A stretch of 64,000 nt of DNA from Nitrososphaeria archaeon (GTDB lineage Archaea; Thermoproteota; Nitrososphaeria; JACIWG01). A program made the translations under genes and the position numbers. Numbering within the stretch: the stretch's first letter is position 1; the number at the start of each line of letters is the position of its first letter. The notes beneath the pieces were generated by a model. The model saw only the letters and a program-made list of their open reading frames with translations. It did not search any database and was not told where the DNA came from. Below are positions 49,890 through 59,465 of the stretch, one piece after another. The DNA lies in NCBI GenBank assembly GCA_050011875.1, contig JBEKIG010000011.1, forward strand, positions 64,001 through 128,000, read 5' to 3'.

Positions 49890-50696
49890 TTACAAAGGCA
49901 AAGCTCCTATGAAGTGACCGATCAAGAATCCGGCAAGACCTGCGGTCAGCCCGATTACCGCCATCTGCAAGCCGATCCTCCATAGAGAGCCCACGGTGGT
50001 CTTCGCTTCGTAGACCCCGATGAAGAAGAGGGCGACGCCGCTTAAAATCACTGACGCTTCCGTTCCAGTGAGAATATTTCTTCCAACGAAAAGGTATGGT
50101 ATCAGAGGTATGAAAGACCCAAATACGGTGGATGATCCGACAACTAAGGCACTGCGCCTCGCTTCAAACTTGTCAACAGGCGCAAGATTGAGTTCGTACA
50201 CCATCATTAATTCGAGCATCGCCTTTGGGTTCTTAGCTATACTTTCCGTAAGATCTTCAAGTTCTTTCCCTTCATAGCCCCAACCTCTGAAGATCTGCCT
50301 CACCTCTTCCAGTTCGATTTCTGGGACATCTTTCATCTCTTGACCTTCTCTATCCGCTTCCTTTAGATAGACTCGTCGCCTCGCAGCGGTGGAGGTGTAG
50401 GCGACAGCTCCCATCGAAATGGACTCGGCCCCAAGAGCGGCCAGAGCAGCAACGAAGAAAATTCGGATGTCGACTGTTGCCGCAGTCAACCCTAGGAGAA
50501 TACCCAATACGTTTACTAGACCATCCTGACTTCCAAGGATAAAGTTGGAGAGGAGAGTGGGGCGCGAGTGTCTTTCACCCATGACTTTGGCACGTACAGT
50601 CTTCGTTGGATTTGTGTTTTCTAAATTCCTTTTAATGTTTTGCAGATATTCGCCGGCGGAATTCAATCGTGTTTCCTCCAATAGTTTCTTGGCCAA
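49890..50696 (-). CDS. VIT1/CCC1 Fe/Mn transporter
   Basis: ILGSQDGLV, SISMGAVAY, ELEEVRQIF, GSFIPLIPY. Start may be ATG 50582. Confidence 0.9.
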   Translation of the reverse strand: MAKKLLEETRLNSAGEYLQNIKRNLENTNPTKTVRAKVMGERHSRPTLLSNFILGSQDGLVNVLGILLGLTAATVDIRIFFVAALAALGAESISMGAVAYTSTAARRRVYLKEADREGQEMKDVPEIELEEVRQIFRGWGYEGKELEDLTESIAKNPKAMLELMMVYELNLAPVDKFEARRSALVVGSSTVFGSFIPLIPYLFVGRNILTGTEASVILSGVALFFIGVYEAKTTVGSLWRIGLQMAVIGLTAGLAGFLIGHFIGALPL

Positions 50697-51309
50697 GAAT
50701 TACTTAAGATTTGCTGAAATAGAGGTTACATCCACATCCATTTTCATCACCTGATAGAATATAATGATTAGTTCAGGTCTTAAGACTTTAGCGCGCTGCA
50801 TTTTAGGGGCAGTTTTTAGAATAATCCAGGATTGCATTAAGGCCCCCGTTGATCAGGGAAACCATTCAAACAATGGATGTTGGGATCATCCACTTTTTCA
50901 TTTTCGCACAGGCCATTGCTTCAGGCGTTTTGTACAGCCAAACGGCGCTCGCGCGCGCTTCGCTACTTTGGAATGTACTGCTGGAAAAATGTCAATAAGA
51001 AACTCTCGTTTGACCCAGCCACAAAGCCTCAGACGTATCCTTACAACGAGAAGAACTACTATGCAAATGCATCCAACAACCTGCACCAGTGGAAAAAACA
51101 CGGAGACTGTTTTGTTTCGACATATTCTTTCTATATATTATATGGATGTTAAAGTAGACTTAAGGTTTTAATCTTTTATTCAGATATACCTATTTTGGAT
51201 AAACAAGATAGAACATTGAATTTTCCTCAAATTCGAAACAAGATTAAATCAGCCACTAGCTTGGGATTGAAGTTATTAATTAGGAGTAATTATTTTGGTT
51301 GGTCCCATT

Positions 51310-51738
51310 TTATAGTTCACTTTTTTCAACAGCTTTTGTAATCTGGTCTCTTAATGCGTCTCGGACATTTCGAAATACCTTTAGAATTTCTTCTTCAGTG
51401 CCGACAACTTCTGATGGATCCTGAAAATTCCAATAAATAAATCTTTTAGCTCCTGGAAAGTGAGGGCACATCTCTTTTGATTCGTCACATACTGTAACCA
51501 CTACCTCGATGCCTTTTCCAATGAACTCAATGAAGGATTTAGCTTTGTTATCTAAGATGTCTATCCCGATTTCAGCCATGACTTTAATGGCGTATGGATT
51601 AACTTTTGTCGGAGTAAGACCCGCACTATAGGCCACAAATCTATCCCCAAACAGATGGTTTAGTAGACCTTCCGCCATCTGAGACCTAGCAGAATTATGA
51701 ACACAAAGGAAGAGAACCTTTCTTTTAACAGGTGGCAT
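51310..51738 (-). CDS. arsC: Arsenate reductase (LMW-PTP fold)
   Basis: LFLCVHNSARSQMAEG, VTVCD...CPHFPG, DPS, FRNVRD. Confidence 0.92.
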   Translation of the reverse strand: MPPVKRKVLFLCVHNSARSQMAEGLLNHLFGDRFVAYSAGLTPTKVNPYAIKVMAEIGIDILDNKAKSFIEFIGKGIEVVVTVCDESKEMCPHFPGAKRFIYWNFQDPSEVVGTEEEILKVFRNVRDALRDQITKAVEKSEL

Positions 51739-51752
51739 AAAGATTGACTCTT

Positions 51753-52076
51753 CTAAATTATCTGCTCAATAGCATGTCCCGAAAGACTTTCGGTCACTTC
51801 AGGTGACACAGTATCAATTATATTGAACACCCTCCTGTCTGTAATCGAATAAAATCTCCGAGTCCCATCCTTTCTATCCTTTAGCAGTCCAGAGTCTTTT
51901 AGAATCTTCAGGTGGCGTGAAACTATAGGCTGAGGCATTTTAATATATGGGATTATCTCGCATACACATTTCTCTCCATTTCTCAAATACTCAATAATTT
52001 TAAGCCTGATAGGATCAGAAAGGGCATAAAATATTTTAGCCCTAAATCTGTCCAAACCATCCTTCTGCATTGGCAT
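51753..52076 (-). CDS. arsR: ArsR/SmtB regulator
   Basis: ALSDPIRL, EKCVCEI, SRHLKIL. Confidence 0.92.
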   Translation of the reverse strand: MPMQKDGLDRFRAKIFYALSDPIRLKIIEYLRNGEKCVCEIIPYIKMPQPIVSRHLKILKDSGLLKDRKDGTRRFYSITDRRVFNIIDTVSPEVTESLSGHAIEQII

Positions 52077-52091
52077 ACATATAGTGAATTA

Positions 52092-52115
52092 ATCACAATA
52101 TTTAAATATTGTGAT
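52092..52115. promoter_or_regulatory. Perfect 24-bp palindrome, likely ArsR operator
   Basis: ATCACAATATTTAAATATTGTGAT between divergent arsR and acr3, centred on a TATA-like TTTAAA. Confidence 0.8.
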
Positions 52116-52278
52116 AGTTACGGTCTGAATACGGTGCATAATGAGAGAGGCATAACTGTTGCAGTATTTGGTCCTGAACCCCCTTGTGCACCACCTACAT
52201 GGTTATTGCTTGGGCAGGTCGCGTATTCTTTGGGTTACTGTACGGTCTTTTAGGTGGTTCTCCATAAGGTGAATTCTT

Positions 52279-53232
52279 TTGGAAAAAGATGAAAAAAAGA
52301 AGCTATCTTTTCTCAGTCGATTTCTCACGCTCTGGATATTCTTGGCCATGATACTAGGTGTTGGCCTAGGATATGTCTTCCCAAAGATCTCTGAAATAAT
52401 AGGTTCAGTAAGTGTTGGAACTACTTCAATTCCTATCGCAGTTGGGCTGATCTGGATGATGTTCCCTCCCCTAGCAAAGGTCAGATACGAGGAACTGGGG
52501 AAGGTTGTTACAGCCAAAGGCTCGAAGAAGATGCTTTCAACTTCGCTGATTTTAAATTGGCTAATTGGACCTCTTTTAATGTTCTCATTGGCATGGATAT
52601 TTTTGGCAAATTATCCAGCTTTCAGAAATGGAATAATTCTCGTAGGTTTGGCAAGGTGCATCGCCATGGTCATCGTCTGGAACGACTTGGCTGGAGGGGA
52701 CAGCGAGTGGGCTGCGATACTTGTTGCCTTGAACTCCATCTTCCAGGAGTCTGTAGCGATATACTTGGGGATACCGTTCTTCGGCGGCATGTTGGCAAGA
52801 TACTACTTTCTGAAGACGAAGGGTAGGGAATGGTACGACCATAAACTGATGCCGAAGCTGAGCCCGACTTCTTTGTTCGCACTTCTTTTCACGATAGTGG
52901 TCATGTTCTCACTTAAGGGAGAATATATCGTGACACTACCACTTGATGTTGTGAGGATAGCGATACCATTGATAGCCTATTTCATTACAATGTTTCTAAT
53001 ATCATTCATCTTAGGTTACTACTTGAAGCTAAACTACAAAAGGACTACTTCACTTGCCTTCACTGCAGCAAGTAATAATTTCGAATTAGCTATTGCTGTA
53101 GCAGTCGCAGTTTTTAGTTTATCCTCACAAGAAGCTTTTGCAACAGTGATAGGGCCCTTGATAGAAGTGCCTGTCATGATAGGCTTGGTGAATGTAGCTA
53201 TCTGGGCAAAAAGACGTGTATTTTCTGAATAA
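52279..53232 (+). CDS. acr3: Acr3 arsenite efflux pump with apparent internal in-frame deletion
   Basis: [46 protein letters not shown] joins directly to ESVAIYLG. Confidence 0.9.
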   Translation: MEKDEKKKLSFLSRFLTLWIFLAMILGVGLGYVFPKISEIIGSVSVGTTSIPIAVGLIWMMFPPLAKVRYEELGKVVTAKGSKKMLSTSLILNWLIGPLLMFSLAWIFLANYPAFRNGIILVGLARCIAMVIVWNDLAGGDSEWAAILVALNSIFQESVAIYLGIPFFGGMLARYYFLKTKGREWYDHKLMPKLSPTSLFALLFTIVVMFSLKGEYIVTLPLDVVRIAIPLIAYFITMFLISFILGYYLKLNYKRTTSLAFTAASNNFELAIAVAVAVFSLSSQEAFATVIGPLIEVPVMIGLVNVAIWAKRRVFSE

Positions 53233-53485
53233 CAGACCCATTTTTTAAGGCCCCTAAGACAATACAATATACTTAAAAATGGAGGAGGAAATCAGTTGGA
53301 TAGAACATTTATGGAGACTCATAGAGACTCTAAGAAAGCTGAATGCAATACAATATGTAACGCTTAAGCATAAATAAAATTAGGTATCTGCACTTAATTA
53401 TGGTCGGAAACCACCGGGCCCGCACCCAATTCTTCTCTGTTCATTATCTACCAGTAAATTAATGCTGAAATCCCACCCATAGCAC

Positions 53486-53823
53486 TATAATTTAATTTCA
53501 TCAACATACTCTATGTTCAACTCTTTTCTGACTAAAACTCGATAATATCTTTCCATTCCATATCTGAACTTTTCTTTAAACTAAAGCACTATCGAATTCT
53601 CATCTTCTGCGAATTCAAAGCAATCTGCAAATATTCTATCAATCTGATCGATGATACCCTTTGATTTAGATGGAAATATCTCCTTTATCTTTATAGCATA
53701 TCCACCAGATCGCACATTAACCTTAATGTTAGAAGCTTTATCATAACTTTCCATCAGATCGTTTACCAATAATTTAAGTCGCATCTCACTGTCTTTTGAG
53801 AAATTTGTGATATCGATTCGTTC
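53486..53823 (-). pseudogene. C-terminal remnant of a type II(G)-like restriction-modification methyltransferase
   Basis: PSKSKGIIDQIDRIFADCFEF.EDE...*FKEKFRYG resembles the SKPIIDEID..LA.HYGF..EE...YD.KYRMG tail of Eco57I-like MTases; internal TAG. Confidence 0.6.
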
Positions 53824-54046
53824 AGTCCTCTCATAAATTAACTAAGAAAGACTTTCTATCTTTAACGGGACAAAAACGGTAGACCAGTTAATAGAATCGT
53901 AAAACGTATTTAGATCTGCTTGAACACTCCACGTAAAAATTCGAGAAACGGGAATGCTTTCTTCACATCTGAATTTGCCCGCATCTATCTATCATTCAAC
54001 AAACTTTACTGAATTGGTTAATGGCATAGCTGAACAAAATAATAGT

Positions 54047-54280
54047 TTGAGCCAGAAAATTCTAAGGTTATTAAATCTGGCTCAAGCAAAAAAAATCGGA
54101 AACGCTAACTCCAAACATTCCACTTGCTGGCTCAGACAGATCCCTCGGTACAATATTTAACATCAACACGCTCCCATGCAGAACGCATTTAAATTGAGCC
54201 AACGGGAAATAGTTAACGTTAGCGTTTTGTTTTAAAACGTGTTGAGCCAAACCAAATTTAGATAATTATTTTTTGGCTCA
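54047..54280. repeat. Cluster of six TGAGCCA heptamers, including two inverted pairs
   Basis: + strand at 54048, 54195, 54243; - strand at 54078, 54128, 54274; variant TGAGCCT at 54367. Confidence 0.85.
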
Positions 54281-55056
54281 CACTAAAATATCATTAAATA
54301 TCTTTGATATGGATCAGTAAACAGTCGCAGCGCTAATGAAACCCATAAAGCTGTTGCTGGCCAAGTTGAGCCTGAAACCTATTAAGTCCGTGCGGACACA
54401 CCTAATTTACATACTTAAAAACAAAAATTAACGTACTGATTATATTCATTGACATGGTTAACTTGTCGTTGAAGATCTTATTTGGTTACCTGATTAATCT
54501 AATAATAGGAAAGTGTTTCTTGAATACCAATTGCAATAAGATACCACTTATGATGAAGTAATGGCAGACTGTAGGAGATGCCATAAAGAGGAATATAGAA
54601 AAGTTAAGTAACTTTTAAAAAATTAAGTTACATTACGTCACACAAAAGAATGTTTTGTAATATAGTAAAATCAATGACAAACAATATCTTTTGACACCAT
54701 GCCTATTCTTATCAGAACTGTCAAGAAGCGCATATACTTTAGTTCTCTTCTGCCTTTTCCTCTCGGACAGCACCTCTGTTATTTAAAATCTATTGTATAT
54801 CACTATTTTTTAGATATAGAAATATATTTGTTAGTACCAAAAGGACACTTATGTCCTTTTTTGCAGGATATAACTTCAAATTATCCTGATCATTTGTCAA
54901 ATAAAAATAATGAGTGGGGGAACTTCATAGCGATAATGTTTAGTTCGAGGTTTAATGATACCTAAGGCAGGACACTTAACATTCGAGCAGGATTGGATTT
55001 TGGGCACAAAGTTAACATCAAGTTTTTGGGGGTTTGTGCTCATGCCCAGAAAACCA

Positions 55057-57531
55057 TCAAAACTCAAGGTCAACTTGTCTGAGTTCTTCGATTATCCTTT
55101 TCACGCCTTTGTTGTTTACTGCAGCTTCCTTTAACCGTTTCTCGTTTAGATCTTCCTTTTCTTCAACGTCCACGAATGATGACATAGTTTCCTGTTCTTC
55201 TATGATCCTCCCCCTTTCACTCGCCTGCGCCACTTCAACCTTTTTCCCTATCAGCGAGAAGATGCTTTCTATTTCGTCAGGTAACACAGCGGTAGGGACT
55301 TCTAGTGCGCGGTTATAATTCTTCACAGGGAACATACTGTTAAGTTTGTTCAGCAGGTGCTCGGCAAGCTTCTTTGCGCCCCCTTCCATTCGCAGCATGC
55401 TATCTATTTCGACACGTTTCTTCGCTAAGTATTCAAGACTAATTCCATGTGAGGAGAAATAAGCCTCCCACTTGGGATTCATGCGATTATATATGCTTTT
55501 TATAGTTCTACTGACATCTACCTGCGCCTTTTGTGAAAGTGCCTCCTCAACATCGCTAAGTGTGAAACCGAATTCTTTGATCATCTTTGGGTCAACTCCA
55601 ATCCGCTGGACAGCTTGTGTAATCTCCTTAGCCTTCATCGAAATCAGGATACCTGGCGCATCGTAATCGGTCAGTATGGCGATGCCTGCACCGCTTTCTG
55701 AAGCTCCTGAAGCCACCCTGTTGGAGTACTCCTGCAGGAATCCCCGTGAGTTGATGATGCCGATGCCGTATAGTTCCAAAAAGGGTGAGACAGCCTCGGC
55801 TACGCCCTCCTTTTCGATGATCAAGATGACGACACCCTTCTTTATCAGGCTATCGATCTGCTTGAAGGAGATGGGGTAATGGACCCCAAGAAAGAAGAAC
55901 TGTGACCTTTCAGAGGCGATGATCCCAAGCTCATCACGCGAAACACCCAGCCTTATACACTCGCTAGAAATCGCACTTGTGATATACTTTCTATCAGCTT
56001 CGACGCCGTTCTCCCGGAATATTGGCTGAAGGTCATACCAGACTGAACTCTGCGTTTTGCGATCAGTCTCCAGAAGAGTAGGATCCCGTTCGACCGCCTG
56101 CTTTCTTTCGCACAAGTAGTTTCGCAGGATACCGATTTGCGGGACGGATGAATTCGTCCCCTTAAGGCGCGCCATCTTACCCTTAAACCCCTTGAAATAT
56201 TTCGCCATGAAATCTTCCAGACCATCAACATACTCCTCGGCATCGAATCTGTTCTTTCCTATCCCCTGCCAAGCTGGGAAAGGTGTTATTACGTGAACCA
56301 CCAACACCCCTTGTTCAACATGGTACTCATCGAGTGGGCCGTAAATCCCGTGCCAACCCGCGTCGTCTTTGTTTGGGCGTACACGACTAAAATAGCAATC
56401 CGCAAACGGATTATCTAGCGTAGGGGTACCGTTGACTCCAGTAATTATTTCCGTGTCACCATCATGTTTAATGCCGAAAGCGAATTCAACCACATAAGGG
56501 ATTGTCCTCCCTTCGGTTGATATAGAATCCGTCTCAATCGCATATCTGAACGTGTTCGGGTAGATGTCGTAGAGGTCTATCAACCCCTTTTTTAATGCCT
56601 TCCTGCCGATCGCCCCAAGGGAGGACGGCGAAGTCGGTGGGCTTACAGAATGAAAAAGGTTATAGATTTCTTTGATTATGTTTTCATCGTTGACAGTAAG
56701 TTGGCCATCTATCGGAAACCCGAACAGCTCCCCAAACTCCCCCATTGACATCCCCTCACTTGCGGCAGTGACCACTAAATCACGGATGGCATTATAATCG
56801 TACCACGACGCGTTTGTATGGCCGCTGTACAACCGAGTGCAACCCCCCCTTGGCGCAATTTCTTCCTCCCCGTTGAACCAGAATTCCACATTTGGATTAA
56901 AAAGGGCGATTTTCCTAACAATTTCCAGAAGCTTGTCTTCTTCGTCCTCCGAAAGCGGCGGCAAGTTTGAGGTAACTGTCGTTCGGCGCTTAACGCCCTC
57001 CCCAACCTTTACAACCTCCGGTGTAATTGAATTTTGTGAAACGCCTCTCCAGTAAATTTCAAACTTGCCCTTTCCGGTTTCAATTGTAAGCGACTTAAAA
57101 TCCGTTGGCTCCAACTTCTCGAATGCAAGGGCATAAGGGATGCCTACGACATACTTCAGCCCACCGCCAAGCGCGCCGCGCTTTGTTAAAAGCACCCACT
57201 TTTTTGTACTTGACATCAGCTTCGGGTCTACGGCACGCTTTATTTCTTCAATGTTGAAACTGTGGCTATGAGGCGAAGTCGGGTTAGAGACTGAAATAAA
57301 CGTGCGACCACCTTCAACCTTAATTTCAATCAAAACTAAACCTTTTGCTTCGTCTAAAGCGTTATCCAGAAGTTCCTTCGCCACAATCGCTGGCAGATCA
57401 TCACGGGTTACACCCAGATGGTTAAGGATTGAATTTAGCCTCACAAATTCCAATGTGCGCGGCGCTGATAACATAGGCCCAGACTTGTCATCGCTTCCTG
57501 ACAAGCGTTTGACTTTGATTTTTTTCGACAA
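55057..57531 (-). CDS. Fused type IIB topoisomerase (Topo VI B+A single chain; Topo VIII-like)
   Basis: GHKL KELLDNALD and RGALGGGLK; transducer PYVVEFAFG...GVNGTP...NPF; candidate catalytic Tyr in SVWYDLQP; TOPRIM IIEKEG, SRGF, LTDYDAPG. Confidence 0.8.
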   Translation of the reverse strand: MSKKIKVKRLSGSDDKSGPMLSAPRTLEFVRLNSILNHLGVTRDDLPAIVAKELLDNALDEAKGLVLIEIKVEGGRTFISVSNPTSPHSHSFNIEEIKRAVDPKLMSSTKKWVLLTKRGALGGGLKYVVGIPYALAFEKLEPTDFKSLTIETGKGKFEIYWRGVSQNSITPEVVKVGEGVKRRTTVTSNLPPLSEDEEDKLLEIVRKIALFNPNVEFWFNGEEEIAPRGGCTRLYSGHTNASWYDYNAIRDLVVTAASEGMSMGEFGELFGFPIDGQLTVNDENIIKEIYNLFHSVSPPTSPSSLGAIGRKALKKGLIDLYDIYPNTFRYAIETDSISTEGRTIPYVVEFAFGIKHDGDTEIITGVNGTPTLDNPFADCYFSRVRPNKDDAGWHGIYGPLDEYHVEQGVLVVHVITPFPAWQGIGKNRFDAEEYVDGLEDFMAKYFKGFKGKMARLKGTNSSVPQIGILRNYLCERKQAVERDPTLLETDRKTQSSVWYDLQPIFRENGVEADRKYITSAISSECIRLGVSRDELGIIASERSQFFFLGVHYPISFKQIDSLIKKGVVILIIEKEGVAEAVSPFLELYGIGIINSRGFLQEYSNRVASGASESGAGIAILTDYDAPGILISMKAKEITQAVQRIGVDPKMIKEFGFTLSDVEEALSQKAQVDVSRTIKSIYNRMNPKWEAYFSSHGISLEYLAKKRVEIDSMLRMEGGAKKLAEHLLNKLNSMFPVKNYNRALEVPTAVLPDEIESIFSLIGKKVEVAQASERGRIIEEQETMSSFVDVEEKEDLNEKRLKEAAVNNKGVKRIIEELRQVDLEF

Positions 57532-57598
57532 ATTTATATCATCATATTATGTATATATTGTCCGGGAAATGAAATTTACAGGGTTAGGTGGACAGAAA

Positions 57599-58519
57599 AT
57601 GTCCTCAAAAAATTCCATCATGGGAAAGATAGTAGACTCTTTAAAGCAAGGTTGTCAGAGTCGGGAAGATGTGATGAAGATAATAAGTGGAAATATACCA
57701 AGTTTGTCCGCCGAAACTCTTAGGAAAAGATGTGGACGCTATATAACAACTCTAACGGCATTAGGCCTAATCGAGGAAAGAGGGGGCAAATACTGCTGGT
57801 TTACGTATGAAAATATTTTTGAATACCATGAGGATTACGAAGCAAAGGTAAAACATTCCCGTGACCTGATACCGGCTCTAGAAAGTATAGCTGGAATTGT
57901 CAGAGGCAAATATTCACTGGACGTGAATATAGAGCGTGCTTTTCATATGAATCAAGACATGCTTAAAACTTATGCCAAAGAACATTTACGACATTATCCA
58001 GAAATTTGGAAAATATTTGAGAATTACGAAGCAAAAAGAAAAGAGGCAGAAAAGAGGATCGAAGCGTTTAACGATGACCTTAAACGTAAATTAAACAGCA
58101 CTTTAAATCAAAAGTCAAAGTGGGCCAAGGGTGGAATAAGGTTAACCGACAACAAAGACATACCAAGCATACCCGATCTGATATACGGTTACATCATGAG
58201 CGAACAGGCCGCAGACTCTGTCAACATTAAATGTGAGACAGGGGAAATATCGTTCAGTGGGTACCTAGTTGCGAGGGGAAATAACCCTAAACATCTCAAA
58301 GAATTTCTTAAAAAAGAAATCTCAGACAGGTCAAATATTCAGAAAGTTGACGCAATCAAAAGATCTTCCAAGGAGTCCCTTAAAATCCAGGAAACAATAA
58401 GACCTAAGGTAGAAGAACTTGCTATGAAAATAGCGTGGGGAGAACCCTTACTGGGTGAGTGTACAGGATGCCCGAAAGGTTATTTTGTGAAAAAGCAGCA
58501 AGCTTCTGTAAAACCATAG
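57599..58519 (+). CDS. Hypothetical protein: N-terminal wHTH, coiled coil, C-terminal CxxC
   Basis: Start at ATG 57599 after AGGTGG; YITTLTALGLIEERGGKY; terminal GECTGCP. Confidence 0.7.
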   Translation: MSSKNSIMGKIVDSLKQGCQSREDVMKIISGNIPSLSAETLRKRCGRYITTLTALGLIEERGGKYCWFTYENIFEYHEDYEAKVKHSRDLIPALESIAGIVRGKYSLDVNIERAFHMNQDMLKTYAKEHLRHYPEIWKIFENYEAKRKEAEKRIEAFNDDLKRKLNSTLNQKSKWAKGGIRLTDNKDIPSIPDLIYGYIMSEQAADSVNIKCETGEISFSGYLVARGNNPKHLKEFLKKEISDRSNIQKVDAIKRSSKESLKIQETIRPKVEELAMKIAWGEPLLGECTGCPKGYFVKKQQASVKP

Positions 58520-58913
58520 TTTTCATTGAGGTTTCTAGCGCGAAATATAAATCCTTTGTCAAGTTGCCATCAATGATAAAATAGCTCTAGAAGCTTTGGA
58601 TAAAGTTATTCCAAACATAAAAAAATGATAGATTAGACAGAGATTTTAGTTTGGGATAAATTAAATATCGAGATCTAACATAAACCTATCTTGACAAACA
58701 ATATCCCTTCAAGGATAAGCGGATGCAACTTGTCAATTTATTAAAAAAGTCTCTGCAAACTAATTCTTTATCTATTGGAAAGCATAATTCAGCCAGTGTC
58801 AACAGTTGGGCAAAATGATTTCTTTAAGGCCCCTTTTTCTTATGCCGTAGGCTTCAAAGATACCTGACCATTATTCTACCCGTTCCGGTAATCTGTGATT
58901 TACACGGGTTTTT

Positions 58914-59303
58914 TTAAAACATCCAGTCCTGGATTTTCAGCAGGCCAGGCCTCGCAACATCAGCCTTTCCGTCTTCGTCAACTATTATAAGCCCTACAGG
59001 GAGCTTTATGGCACTTATTACCGGCTCGAGCTTGCTTAAGAAGGGGTAGTCGTGCGGAGCTGCAATATAAGTCGGAACTTTGTTCCAGACACAATTCTCA
59101 AGGCAGTGGCCTAGCTTCGTATAATATTCCTCCGAGTCTTCATCACATAAAACCTGAATATGACAGGATTGCTTATAGTTAGTACTATAGCTGTCTTCAA
59201 TATCGTAGACCCCTATTTCTCCTCGATCAGCCCTGACAACTTTGTTGGGGAATAAATTGTTGAACAGCTTTGAAACTGCCTGTGAAATCTCTTCTTCACG
59301 CAT
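58914..59303 (-). CDS. Hypothetical protein, possible degenerate PD-(D/E)xK fold
   Basis: YDIE...HIQV...KLGHCL...TYIAAP...VGLIIV pattern. Confidence 0.55.
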   Translation of the reverse strand: MREEEISQAVSKLFNNLFPNKVVRADRGEIGVYDIEDSYSTNYKQSCHIQVLCDEDSEEYYTKLGHCLENCVWNKVPTYIAAPHDYPFLSKLEPVISAIKLPVGLIIVDEDGKADVARPGLLKIQDWMF

Positions 59304-59465
59304 GTTAAGTCACCCTAACAACACCATAATACAGGAGGAAACAAGATAAAACCATTGCACATTAATAGCTTAGCAGGTATTTAATCTTTTATCAGCCTTT
59401 AGGGTGAAAAAAATTGGATTAACGCAAAAAAATGTAATAATAAGAAAAAAAGTGGTTGGAAATCG

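Noticed and set aside
50764-51171. Overlapping ORFs of 67-135 aa
   Set aside because: No recognisable motifs; cannot tell a remnant from chance ORFs.
57302-57598. Long N-terminal extension of the 405-aa ORF
   Set aside because: It overlaps the topoisomerase gene antisense; an RBS supports ATG 57599.
14797-59303. Integrase or transposase genes
   Set aside because: No tyrosine/serine recombinase, DDE or TnpB motifs found in any ORF, so the island calls rest on att-like repeats and cargo only.
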